From IMG/VR virus record IMGVR_UViG_3300001528_000534, positions 75,692 through 139,691 of that record: 64,000 bases of DNA. One strand, written 5' to 3'. The notes beneath the pieces are model-generated. The model made no database searches and was not told the DNA's origin. It saw nothing but the letters and a program-made list of their open reading frames with translations. A program made the position numbers and the translations under genes. Positions 26,376 through 38,120 of the stretch are shown here, piece by piece (position 1 is the first letter of the stretch; each line of letters starts with the position of its first letter). Origin of the DNA: a virus (Duplodnaviria; Caudoviricetes).

Positions 26376-28175
26376 TTAAAAGAAATATGATACTTTCTAT
26401 GCTATGTTATAGTCTTCAATTAAAAGCTAAGGAGTAGTTTTTCCATTCCAACTATTAAGATTACATTTACATACCGCTTCAATTTTTAAGCAACCTTTTT
26501 CTATTGATAAATTCTATATTTCTTCTTCTGTCCCATTAAATTTAATAGCAGAAATATTATTAGGAAGAATAAATTTTAGAGTATTTGAACCCATAACCTT
26601 AAAATTATCAGGAGTAACATTAAATTTTACTGCTATATAAGCTCTATTCAATCCTTTTCCCCAATAATCATTCATTTTAGCGATTTCTGAAATTATATTT
26701 GATAAATTAATATCTTGCTCTTCTATCTCATAATCTACATAATAAATAGGTTCTGCGGAAATATCTTTTAAAACTTTATTTGTATAATTAAAATATTCAG
26801 GAATATTTCTTTTATTAATACATAATCCAAAAGCATTAGCATGACCTTTACACCATACAACCTATTCAGAATCTAAACAAATTTGTTTAAAATCTGCTAT
26901 TCCCGCTAATTCACAGCCTCTCGCGGAACCCGCATATAATTCTTCTTCGTCATTTTCTTCATCTATTCGATATAAAATACAGCAAGGTCTTTGATATTTT
27001 GTTGCGAGTTTATTTGCACATAAACCAGCAATACTTGAATTTATCTAATTATTATTTACAAGAAATAATAGAACTTTATTTTTCTTAATTTCTTCATTAT
27101 TTTGAATCTAATTTTCAAAATATTCTAATCCTGCATCTTGAGCTTTTGTTTGCCTATTTTTTACATTTGTACAAATTCTTAATGCCGCATCTACAACAGT
27201 TTCCATATCTCCTTCTTTGTGACCTCTTTTAGTAGAAGGAATTTCTTTTAAAGCTTTATACTTCAACATTGAATTAAAAACTATTTCTTTTTCCTCTAAA
27301 GTGCCACTTCTACTTATGGCATTTACAAAAGGAGCTATGAAAAACGCGGCGCCCATTGGTGTACAAGCTAGTCCTCTATAAGAAAGATAATCAGCTTTGT
27401 TCAAAGAAAACTAATTCTTTTTTATCATCCCTTCAATAAAAGGATTTTTTATATTACTTTCTTCAAAGCCTTTCCAAATTAAATGCTTTGTCTCAATTGA
27501 AGTCATTTCTTCCATATCTGCCATTAAACCTAAAGCCATTAAATCATAATAATTATCTGCATAATTAGAAGAATTATTAAAAATATAATTCAAATACCTA
27601 CAAAATTGCCATACAATACCTGCGCCTGAAAAAGATTTATTAGGATAATTACAAGCCATATTATTTATAGTAATTGCGTAAGGGCTAATTTCTGTTTCTA
27701 TATCATGATGGTCAAGAATAAGAACGGGAATATTTAAATTTTTAAAATATTCATGCTCTCGAATATCATTACTTCCGCAATCAGGGCATAATATTAATCC
27801 TACTCCAGAGTAATCTTGCTATCTTTCAATAAGCTCTGAAAGATTATGTGACTTTCCTGCATGAAAGAAAAATTTTAAATGCTAAATTGTCCAAACAGGA
27901 AATAAATCATATAAAAAATTTGCCATAATAGCAGAACTTGTCATTCCATCGCAATCCGAATCTACAATATTAATAACATCAGCGTTATTTTTAATTGCTG
28001 TCATTAATATTTTTGCACCGTCTTTGAGATTATCTAATAATTCAAAAGAATTAATATCTTCATCTGTTGTAGATAAATAATGTGAAAGTAAATTTTTATC
28101 AATATTTCTATTTACAAGTACCTGTCTTTCAATATCTAACTCTTCACAAGGAGTCTTTATTAGCTAATATTTCAT
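26376..28175 (-). CDS. recJ: RecJ-like DHH exonuclease
   Basis: DSDCDG, LDHHD, SGAG, GSARG, GHANAFG; continuous with TAG=Gln. Confidence 0.85.
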
Positions 28176-28192
28176 ATTTTAACCTCACATTC

Positions 28193-29299
28193 TTATAAAA
28201 AAATTCTATTATTATATAGTTTTAAAAATTTTTCTGGACCTTCATCAATAGGAGAGCTTTTATAAGATAAAACATTATTATCTTTATCAAATAAGAAAGA
28301 TACTGTAACATAAGGACTATATTTTTTATGTATCTTAGTTAATTTTTTTGTCCATCTTTTCCATTCTTCATCTCTAATTGTCTGATATTGCTTATCAAAT
28401 CCAATAATAATTTCTTTTACTCCTAAAGACAGTAAAAGATAAATTTGATAATCTTGTATTGAGCTGCCGCAACAAGCACAAGTAATATCATTTTCAATTC
28501 CAAAATAACTTTCGTATAAGAGAGAACTTTTTTCCGATTCCCAAATAATAGCTTTTTGCATTTTTTTAATATTGTTTTTACTATTATTTAAATTATATAA
28601 AGAAAATCCTAAAGGGTGATTATACATCTATCCATGAAAAATTGCAGGATGGTATTTACCATAATTTGATTTCTCTATTTCTTTTACCAAAGTTCTTTCC
28701 CTTATTCCTATTAAATTATTATCTATATCAAAATGAGGGATAACAATACTCTCACTTAGAGGATTATATAGAATATTTTGATACTCAATAATATTTGGTT
28801 TTATACCTTCTTTTTCCCAAGGAATAATTCTAGGATGCGGTAAATATTTTAGAATATCTTTATTATATTTTTTTAGTTCTATAATTGGAGTATCTTTTTC
28901 TTTTTGATTATCATATCTCTGAAAAATCTGCCAATCTTTTAATTCTCTAATAAAAAAATCACTATCTTCTAAATTATCTTGCAATCCAAAAAAACATTTA
29001 ACATAATTAATTGCATTATATAAAGAACATTTAATTTTTTCTTCTCTTGTTTTTATTTTTATAACAAGCTCAAAGATGTCAAAAGTATCGTCACAATCAG
29101 TATAGCATTTAAAAAGTTTTGTATTATCATAATAATATAATTTATGAGAGCCTTCTCCCTTATGGTTATGACATATCGTTTTAGAGATGATAACATTTTC
29201 TTTAATACAAGGTTCTGCTTCTTGCGTTTCTAAAAAATGAAATATCTATTCCATAGTTAAAGATTCTTTTATTTGATTCATTTCCTCTTGACTATACAT
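28193..29299 (-). CDS. DNA primase-like protein (Zn finger + TOPRIM)
   Basis: TICHN...KCYTDC, VIPHFD, ESEKS, GFDK; joined through TAG. Confidence 0.8.
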
Positions 29300-29314
29300 A
29301 ATATTTTCTCCTTA

Positions 29315-30862
29315 TTAAAAAGGTGACTATTCTTCTTCGGATTTAACTTGAATGTTAAGTTCTCTTATTGGAATTAATTTATACTGATAATCTGTAGCAA
29401 ACATGGGGATAATTTTACAAGTTCCTCTATTGGCTTTACACCAAAGTAATAAATTATTATATTCTCCTCTACGATTTTTATAAACAGACATTTTAATAAA
29501 AGGAGTATCATATTGTCCATTTTCTAAGACAGGTTTTAAAGCTTCTAAATCTTCAGGACTTACTTCCAACATCAAAAGACCCATATCTACTTTATCTGCA
29601 ATAGCTTTTGCGCCTCTTAGCAAATTTTGATTATAAACTTTAGCTTCTTGATAATTTCCATTTAATTGAGTTGCGGATAAAATAAAAATTCCATATTGAT
29701 TACATAAATCTTTAAAGCGTATAGAAATCATAAATAACACATTATCTTCTCTTAATCCTTTTACGCCCGCTTTAGAACTCACTTCAGATAGAATTTTCAT
29801 AGAAGAATGTAGATAATCAAAGCATAAATATTTAACGCCATAGTCTCTAATATTTCTCTTTAATGTTTTTTCTATATCTTGCATTGAAAAATCTGGGAGC
29901 TATTGTACATATAAAGGACTACTTTTAAGTATCATAGCAGCTTCTAAAACTCTTTCATATTCACCTTCTTCATATTCATTATCGAGAATATGTGTTTCAT
30001 TAACGTCGGAAAGAAAAGCTAACATCATAGTTTGAATTTCATCTTTTTCTTGTTCTGTTGATATATATAAAGTAGGTTCTTTTGTACCATTATCCACCCA
30101 AGCTTTTTTTTCTGAATCATAAATTTTATCACAAGCGATATAACAAGCATCTGCAATCATACTTCTTGTTTTTCCTAAACCTGTACTTGCGGAGCGCAAG
30201 AAAAATTTCTTTAATCTAGCACCTCTCGTAACGGCATTAATAATACCGCCACCAAACAATGGAACGCCTATTTCAGGAGTAGTCTGCAATCTCTCTAATA
30301 GAGCATCAATACCATCTCCTGCATTTACTGCAGATTGGTCAGCATTTTCCGCATATTTCAAACGAATATCCATAATTTTATTATCAATAATATCCGCAAT
30401 TTCCTCAATAGGTGTAGAATCGAACCACTCTTCCTATCTTTGTTTTTTAGTAGAGTCAAAAATATTGTCAGGGTCGTAAAGATATTTTAAATCTATACCT
30501 GCAACAGTATTATACATTCGCATTAAGGTCATTTTTTTCATTCTCCTATAATAATAATCGAATGAATCAATTTCTGTATGCTCAGTAATTTCTTTTAAAT
30601 AATCAGAGCCTCTTCCACTTTGATATACTCCATAACTTTTTGGTTTTTCTCTTAAATAATCTTCTATTGTTTGAATAGTAATTTTATTAACTCCTGCCAA
30701 ATGTAGATTATAAATTGAACCAAATAAAATTTTATGAAAATCTTCTGGAAAATCTTCTTCATGAAAAATATAATTTGTGTCATCTAATAAATCATTTTTA
30801 ATAAAAATTCCGCCTATTACTTGCACAATAGCAGTAGTATCTGTATAAGGCATAATTTTCAC
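29315..30862 (-). CDS. DnaB-like replicative helicase
   Basis: RSASTGLGKT, FDYLH, ATQLN, KNRRG; three track ORFs joined by TAG. Confidence 0.85.
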
Positions 30863-30865
30863 TCC

Positions 30866-31372
30866 TTATATATTAAAATATTTTTTCTCTGGCTGTGCGG
30901 CAACAGGGGGCGGAATGACTACATTTTTTGATTCTGGAATATATAATACTTGCCCTTTATTCACTTCTTGAGCAAGATAGATATTATAAAAATAATCATA
31001 TGCTTCTTTATATATATAAGGAATAATTCCTATGCTTCCTTTTGCCTTTTCTATTGGATTATTTTTTATTTCATAAAACCAATACAGCGTTTTTTGCATT
31101 CCTGAATAACTATAACCATATTGTGTTTTATAATCTTTTATTTGTTTTCTTATTTTTGCGTCAATATAATCTATCTTATAAATTTGTTTAATATATTCCT
31201 CTAAGTTTTTTAGCTCTTTTTCTTCTTCTGTCATTTGCACAAGAGGAACATAATCAGTGATTTCAGGATAACAAGTAGCGTGACCATAGCGGCGAGCGCC
31301 TATTCTTACCGCTTGTACCTTGTCTCTATCAAATTCGCAACCACATTTTACACATTTTACTTTGTGCGCCAT
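30866..31372 (-). CDS. Hypothetical Zn-binding replication-associated protein
   Basis: CxxC...HxxC; adjacent to helicase. Confidence 0.65.
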   Translation of the reverse strand: MAHKVKCVKCGCEFDRDKVQAVRIGARRYGHATCYPEITDYVPLVQMTEEEKELKNLEEYIKQIYKIDYIDAKIRKQIKDYKTQYGYSYSGMQKTLYWFYEIKNNPIEKAKGSIGIIPYIYKEAYDYFYNIYLAQEVNKGQVLYIPESKNVVIPPPVAAQPEKKYFNI

Positions 31373-31453
31373 AATTATTCACTTTCTTTTCTAAAAAATA
31401 AAAGGCTTGTAAAATCCATTTTATTGAAAATTACAAGCCTAATCTTAATATTT

Positions 31454-32452
31454 TTATTTAGCCAATTCTTCTAAATCTGCTACAATTAAGCTAAGCATTT
31501 CTACCTAATCTCTTGTACACTGATTTACTTTTCTGCCCTTTCCCAAATATGTTTCTGTAATCTAAACAATCTTTGGTGACCAGTTTTTATCAAAATCTTC
31601 TTCTGAATGAGCAGAAATAATTTTCTGTACTAGGTCATTAAATTTAGCTATTAAAGCATCATAATCTAATTCAGCTACTAATACAGGCTTCATCTTTTCT
31701 TCTGTAATATATTGACTGCCTTTTTCTTTTGCTTCTTTATCAATTGCATCATTTAGTGCTTTTACTAAATTTTCATAAGAAGAAGGAATTTCTGGGGTAA
31801 TATATTTAAACCTACCTCCACAAGAAATTGTTCCATCAATAGAACGAAATGTTACTCTAACTTCTGAATGTCCATCTGCATATACGGTATGAATATAACC
31901 ATATAAGTCAGCCATATTCTCAATTATTTTATTATAAGTATCTGATACAGAGGGGCGAGTAAGAGTATATCCTGTTCCATCTTGTCTCTTAAAATCTTCC
32001 TGCTTCATATGAGAGATGAAACATACCGCATAACCAAGCTAAGTAATTGTTCTAAAGGTACTTTCAAATTCTTTCTTTAAAAGCGACCAACCTCCGCCAT
32101 AAGGAATCTCTCCTAAAGCACTTACTCCGTTCTAATCACATACATATTTATCACAAAGTGAAGCTGCAATATCAACAGTATCAATAATAACAGACTTAAA
32201 CTTTTCTTTAACTTCTGCCTTTTTAAGCTCCTTTACAGTAGCTTTTAAATCTGCCCATGAAGTAATATCCTAAGCATAAATTCCTCCAATGGCATTATAT
32301 CCTTTTTCAAAAGCAAGTAGCAATGGATTTGGCATCTAACAACCCAAAGTAGTTTTACCTACCTTGGGAGCGCCATAGATATATGTTATATAACCTGATA
32401 AATCTCTTGAAACTTTATGAGGCTCAAGAGAGAGTAAATTAATACTTCCCAT
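31454..32452 (-). CDS. AAA_24/Sak4-like ATPase (recombinase)
   Basis: YGAPKVGKTT, IIDT, FISH; several TAG. Confidence 0.78.
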
Positions 32453-32472
32453 GTCTTTCTCTCTCCTTTATA

Positions 32473-33435
32473 TTAAAAATTAAATGAACCCTTGGCGATG
32501 TTTGCCATGTCAGGAACGGCTGTCATAGGGGTAGGGACAGGAGCGTTTCCTGTATTCTTCTTTGCCTTATATTCATCGCTTCTCTTCTTTACTTCTGCAA
32601 GATGAACTTCTCTTTCCTGCATTGCCTTAGTAAGTTCCTCTGCTGTTATATTCTTAGGTTCTCCAAATCCATAAGGCTCTTTAAGGCAAGTGCTAACTAC
32701 CCATTCCTTAACTTTCTTCTCAGTAGTATTTACAATTGGACCTCCGAAAGCAGATTCTTCTTCCTTTGTGTTTACTATTGTACTACTTATAATATTTCCA
32801 AGAACCTTGGTGAAAATAGGATTAGTAGGAGAAATATCAAGGTCTTCAAAATACTTTATACCCTCTTCTTTAGCTACCTTAAATTCCACAGGAAGTACAG
32901 AGCCTCTAAAATCAAAAACGCAGCCCTTCAAATAAATACAATCCTCATCCCCAAGCTTGCTTTCATCTGCTTCATGATGACGAAGAGAAGTAATAACTAT
33001 ATCCGTTTCAAAAGTGTTTCTCTTATTTTCGTTCTCTTCCAACTTATTTATTAGACTTACAAAGCCACCCTCATTTCTTAAAGCAGAAACAAGCTGTCCA
33101 TCATCAGCATAAAAATCATTCAATCCAAGAGCTGTATCAATCTTAATTTTAAAAGCTTCCTCTGGACCATTAGCAAGGACTGTCTTTCCTTCAGAAATAA
33201 TCTTTGCAAGTGCATCATAAGTATAATTCTTCTTGCCCTTAGCGGTTTCCGCAGTAACATAGGTAAAATGTACAGGAATAACATTAAAATTATTGTCTGT
33301 CATTACATCGACAGAACCAGTAATAAATGTCTTACCGAAATTCTGTGATTCCTTATTCTCTACCTTTTTCATTGTAAGAGAATGGTCGTAAATAAGACCT
33401 TCAATATGTTCCTTATTAATAAGATTCTTCTTCAT
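32473..33435 (-). CDS. Putative single-stranded DNA-binding protein
   Basis: Position next to Sak4-like gene, OB-like composition, flexible C-tail ending in F. Confidence 0.55.
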   Translation of the reverse strand: MKKNLINKEHIEGLIYDHSLTMKKVENKESQNFGKTFITGSVDVMTDNNFNVIPVHFTYVTAETAKGKKNYTYDALAKIISEGKTVLANGPEEAFKIKIDTALGLNDFYADDGQLVSALRNEGGFVSLINKLEENENKRNTFETDIVITSLRHHEADESKLGDEDCIYLKGCVFDFRGSVLPVEFKVAKEEGIKYFEDLDISPTNPIFTKVLGNIISSTIVNTKEEESAFGGPIVNTTEKKVKEWVVSTCLKEPYGFGEPKNITAEELTKAMQEREVHLAEVKKRSDEYKAKKNTGNAPVPTPMTAVPDMANIAKGSFNF

Positions 33436-33567
33436 AATATTTCTCCTTTGATATTTTATCGTCGATTATATATTTATTATACCATAATTTTTATTCTTTG
33501 TCAAATTTTTATTTATCTCTTGTTTTTTTATTTTCTATATTAATTATATCATTATTTTTTATTTTTT

Positions 33568-34260
33568 TCAAGTATTTTCCTGCTTTGGAGGCTTCCTTCC
33601 GCAACTTTTCTTTTCAGGACAATAGCCATAGACTTCACATTTAGGCATAAAATTCATTTCTACAAAAACTTTCCATTCAGGAGAATAATTTTTAAGACTT
33701 TCAGATATATCTTTAAATAATCCCCTAAATTCCCAATAGGCTCTAGAACATTGTCTTTGTCTTGACATATCTGTTAAAGTCCGAGAGTTCATTTTTACAG
33801 CAACTGTTGTTGACATTGCAAGAGGAAGAAGTAGTGCTGTATCTTCTCTTGGAACACCTAATCCTTCTAATGTCTGCAAAGATTGCTGTATATTTTTCAT
33901 TGTATTTCTATAAATTTGCAATGCGGCGGAAGCATCAAGAGATTTCTCTAAAGAAGGAGGAATAATATACTCAAAACCTTTTTGATAATTAATATATCGA
34001 GTGCTACTTTGTAGTCTTGTAGGGGCGCCGCCTATATGAGTATAAAATTCTCTAATTACTCTTGCGGAATATCCCTCTAATATCATATATACATCAGGAA
34101 ATTCCATTGTCCTTCCGTGTCCACTTTTTATACAATCTATTCCTCTCTAATAGTTCTTTTCTTTGTTAGAAGTATTTGCATTCCAACAAATACCTGCATA
34201 TTCTCCAATAAGAGAAATAGGATTTTTAGTTGTATCTGATTTAATAATTACTCTTCCCAT
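33568..34260 (-). CDS. thyX: Flavin-dependent thymidylate synthase
   Basis: SGHGRTMEF, REFYTH...QSSTRY, RAYWEFR; 1 TAG. Confidence 0.85.
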
Positions 34261-34263
34261 TAA

Positions 34264-35094
34264 TCATTCTCCTTTTGTACTTATTCCCTAAGAACTATTA
34301 TATCCATATTCTACAGCCTAATAAGCTTTTATATAATATTTTTCTTTTTCATTTAACTACTCTTTTGGGCATTTTTCCAACAGTTCCCATGTAAAATTTT
34401 CAAGTCCTTCTTTTTCCATTGCTTGATATAATTTATTGTTTGCGGGAGTGTCGATACCTAAACCGCATTTCGCATGATTTTTAAATCGAGTCGCAATATC
34501 AACACTTTGTCCAATATAACATTTATTATCTTTGATATTGGTAATTTTATAAATTCCACTTACTTTATTAATGCCAAGTATATTATTACATAAAGTAGTC
34601 ATCTATTTTTGAAAATAGGTTGACCAAATTAGCATACTTAAAATTCTCGAATTAAATAACTAAAATTTAATGTTATTAAGAATTTGAATATCAGACTATT
34701 CTTTATCATTCAAATGCAATTTATAGAAATCTTTTTCCTATTGCATTTTTATTTCTCGTCTTTCTGCTTCCATTCTGCTCTAATACGTAGCATTAATTTT
34801 TTCTAATTTTGAATCTAATAAAATTAAATTAGTATTTTTTTCTTGAATCTACTGATTTATTAAAGATATTGTTTCTTTTTCTTCTTCAATCTATTCCTCC
34901 ATAGCTTTAAGAAGACTCGCTGCGGCATCAACTTTAAAGTTAATCTAATTTAAATTCTCTTGTGAACATTCTATTTCTTTGACTCTCTAATTATCTTCTT
35001 TTAATTTTTTAATTTGTGTTTTAAAATAATGAAATATCCAAAGATAACTTATTATAATTATTATTATAATTGATATTATAATAGCCTAATGCAT
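34264..35094 (-). CDS. Membrane-anchored coiled-coil protein with C-terminal GIY-YIG domain
   Basis: Poly-Ile TM segment, coiled coil, SGIYKITN...YIGQS; many TAG. Confidence 0.7.
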
Positions 35095-35175
35095 TATATT
35101 CCCTCTTTAAAAAAAGGCAAGTTAAAAATAACTTGCCTTTTTATTTTCGTTCATAAATATCAGTTTAATTTTTGA

Positions 35176-35439
35176 TTACTCAGCTGCATCGGGGTCAAAT
35201 ACACGACCAGCGTCTGTAAGACTAATAAACTTAACGGGCTTATGTGTGCCGTCAGGAAGCTGAATTTCAGCATTTGTTCTTACCATAAGATTCTTCTTTT
35301 GGAAAGCGGAAGTAACAGAACCATTAACCTGCTTTACTTCAAGACCTGTTCCTTCAGCAATATCTGCCGCAGTCATCTTCTCGCCATCATGTGCCTTAAC
35401 GTAATCAAAAATCTTTCTTGAATTTTCCTTGAGTGCCAT
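35176..35439 (-). CDS. Small winged-helix DNA-binding protein
   Basis: MTAADIAEGTGL...VNGSVTSAFQKK...LTDAG. Confidence 0.7.
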   Translation of the reverse strand: MALKENSRKIFDYVKAHDGEKMTAADIAEGTGLEVKQVNGSVTSAFQKKNLMVRTNAEIQLPDGTHKPVKFISLTDAGRVFDPDAAE

Positions 35440-35462
35440 AGTATTTTTCTCCTTTGAATTTT

Positions 35463-35661
35463 AAATATTTTTTATTTTTTATTGTATATATATTATATCA
35501 GAATTTTTTAAAAAAGTCAAAAAAAATCTGAAAAATATTTTTTATTTTTTATTGTATATATATTATATCAAAAATTTTCATATAAGTCAAAAAATTTTTT
35601 AAATATTTTTTATTTTTTATTGTATATATATTATATCAGAATTTTTTAAAAAAGTCAAAAA
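35463..35661 (-). repeat. Three tandem ~69-bp units, each containing a full SigA promoter
   Basis: AAATATTTTTTATTTTTTATTGTATATATATTATATCA...AGTCAA x3. Confidence 0.9.
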
Positions 35662-35837
35662 TTTTTCTTTTTATTATAAAATTTTGTTTGAAGATAATTG
35701 TCTATCCACAACATCTCTTCTATGGTTAATTTTTCAATAAGAGAACTCATCTCATTTTGTTTTTCATCTTCTGTTTTATTTGTCTAATCAATTGCGTATA
35801 ACTATAAAGCAATTTTCTTTAAGGATTTCTCCTTCAT
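35655..35837 (-). CDS. Small hypothetical protein (2 TAG)
   Basis: AGGAGGAGG RBS, 60 aa. Confidence 0.55.
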
Positions 35838-36102
35838 TGTTCCTCCTCCTATATAAGTTTTTCTTCTTCCTTTATAAAATCTTCTAACGCCCAACGTTCC
35901 ATTAGAGTCATTTTTTTAATAAAGAAATTAATGATATTAGACTCTTCCTAAGAGACTTTATTCTTCATTCTATTTATGCATATTCGTTTAGCGATTTCTT
36001 CTAAAAAATCTTCCCTTATATATTCGTATTCTTCTAAAAATTCTTTTTCTCTCACATTTTTCTCTTTTCTTATATATATTATAACAAAAAATTTCAAAAA
36101 AA

Positions 36103-38040
36103 TCAAATTAATGGAAATAATTGTAAAAATTCATCTTCTGTAATAATTGGAATTTGTAACTTTTGAGCAGTAAGATTTTTAGAAGAACCAGATTCTTTAT
36201 CGTTATTTATTAAATAGGAAGTATTTTTAGTAACAGAAGATAATACTTTTCCACCATTCGCTTCAATTAAACTCTTTAACATATCTCTATTCTTAAAATG
36301 CTTTAACTTTCCTGTTATTACAAAATTAATTTTTGTTAAATTAATTTCATTCCCTACAAGCCTCTTGTCCTTTTTAAAATTTATAAATTTGGCTATCCTA
36401 TCAGCAAAAGAATAATCGTAATGATAAAGAGTGGCATTTAAAGCATCTCCGAAATTTTCTATCTCTGTAAAATCATATTTTCTTTTTATAGCTTCTCTAA
36501 AAGACCAATAATCGTTAAATATGTCTTCTAATTGCTGAGCAGCTACTTTACCAATAAGTGGAATACCTAGCGCCGCAATAAAATTAGTCATTGTAGTGGT
36601 TTTTGAATCTTCTATTGCTTGTAAGATATTAGAAACAGATTTTTCTCCGAACCCCGGCTTCTTCACCCATTCTTCTTTAAAATTAGATAGAGAATATATT
36701 TCTTCTACGTTACCTAACCAGCCCCAATCAATCAATTTTTCGATAGTGGCTTCTGATAGCCCCTTTATATTCATACCTTTTGACGAACAAAAATAATCTA
36801 ATTGATTAACAAGTTTACCTATGCAATTAGGATTAGTACACCAAAGAACTTCCCCTGTAGTTTTCTTTATTACTGTTCTCTCATGACATACAGGACAAGT
36901 ATTAGGTATATTAAATTCAATAGAAGTATTAGCAATATCATTATCTTCTACTTTTGAAATTTGAGGAATAATAGCATTAGCTTTAAAAACGGTCACTGTC
37001 AATCCCTTGTGCCAAGGTTTATTCCATAAGGTTTTCATTATTGTAATATTATGTAAACTTGCTCGTTCTACTGTTGTGCCATCAATATCAATGGGTTCAA
37101 ATATAGCAATAGGAGATAAAATTCCTGTTCTACCGATACTCCATTCAATATCTTTTAATGATGAAGTGTATTCTTCATCATAGAATTTATATGCTATTGC
37201 GTTTCGTTTATGGTGCGCAGTTTCACCTAAAGTTTCCCCATACTCAGTATCGTCAAATTTAAATACGACTCCATCAATAGGATATCCTTTTTCAGTAGCT
37301 TTTTCTTTAATTTTTTGAACTGCTTCGTTAGGGCTTTCATAAAGGACGTGAGGAACAATGCTAAATCCAAAATTTTCCAATTGAATAAACTTTGAACTTA
37401 AATAAGTTAAATATGAAAGACCTTTAATAACGTCCCATGCTATAAAACTTAATCTTCTTTTTTCACATTCTTTAGAATTAAGAAGTCTTATACTGCCTGC
37501 CGCAAAATTACGAGGATTTTTATATTCTTCTTTAAATTCTTCAAAAGAAGAATAATCACATATAATCTCCCCATCTACTATTAATTCTTCTTCATAAGGA
37601 ATCTTTTTAGGAATATTCTTTATTACTAAAGCATTATGAAGAACATCTTCGCCTTCGATACCATTTCCTCTTGTTTCTGCTGAATATAGTTGTCCATTAA
37701 TATATCTTAATGAGCAAGTTAAACCGTCCATTTTGCACATAGCGAGAGTTGGTTGCTTGCCTAAAAATTTTATGATATCATTTATATCTTTTGTTTTATC
37801 AAGAGAAAGCATTGAATGATTATGTTTTACTTTCTTTAATTTAGAAACAGAAGAATAAATTATTTTCTGAGTAGGGGAATCTGAATAATGTATATTAGAA
37901 GCTTCTTCTAAACGCAATAGCTCAAAATATTTATTGTCCCATTCTTTATCGCTAATAATTGGTGTACCCTCATCATAAAGTTTTGTATGATAATTTAAAA
38001 AATCTATTAATTCTCTTATTTCTTTTTCCAAAACTTTCAC
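36103..38040 (-). CDS. ligA: NAD-dependent DNA ligase
   Basis: KMDG, TRGNG, NPRN, DGVV, Zn finger, HhH, BRCT. Confidence 0.95.
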   Translation of the reverse strand: MKVLEKEIRELIDFLNYHTKLYDEGTPIISDKEWDNKYFELLRLEEASNIHYSDSPTQKIIYSSVSKLKKVKHNHSMLSLDKTKDINDIIKFLGKQPTLAMCKMDGLTCSLRYINGQLYSAETRGNGIEGEDVLHNALVIKNIPKKIPYEEELIVDGEIICDYSSFEEFKEEYKNPRNFAAGSIRLLNSKECEKRRLSFIAWDVIKGLSYLTYLSSKFIQLENFGFSIVPHVLYESPNEAVQKIKEKATEKGYPIDGVVFKFDDTEYGETLGETAHHKRNAIAYKFYDEEYTSSLKDIEWSIGRTGILSPIAIFEPIDIDGTTVERASLHNITIMKTLWNKPWHKGLTVTVFKANAIIPQISKVEDNDIANTSIEFNIPNTCPVCHERTVIKKTTGEVLWCTNPNCIGKLVNQLDYFCSSKGMNIKGLSEATIEKLIDWGWLGNVEEIYSLSNFKEEWVKKPGFGEKSVSNILQAIEDSKTTTMTNFIAALGIPLIGKVAAQQLEDIFNDYWSFREAIKRKYDFTEIENFGDALNATLYHYDYSFADRIAKFINFKKDKRLVGNEINLTKINFVITGKLKHFKNRDMLKSLIEANGGKVLSSVTKNTSYLINNDKESGSSKNLTAQKLQIPIITEDEFLQLFPLI

Positions 38041-38120
38041 CTCATTTTTTTCTTATATATATAATAACATATTTTTTATAAAAAATCAAAGGAAGAGATA
38101 ATATCCCTTCCCTTATTAAA

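Noticed and set aside
35463-35661. CRISPR array
   Set aside because: Whole units repeat without unique spacers and each unit is a promoter
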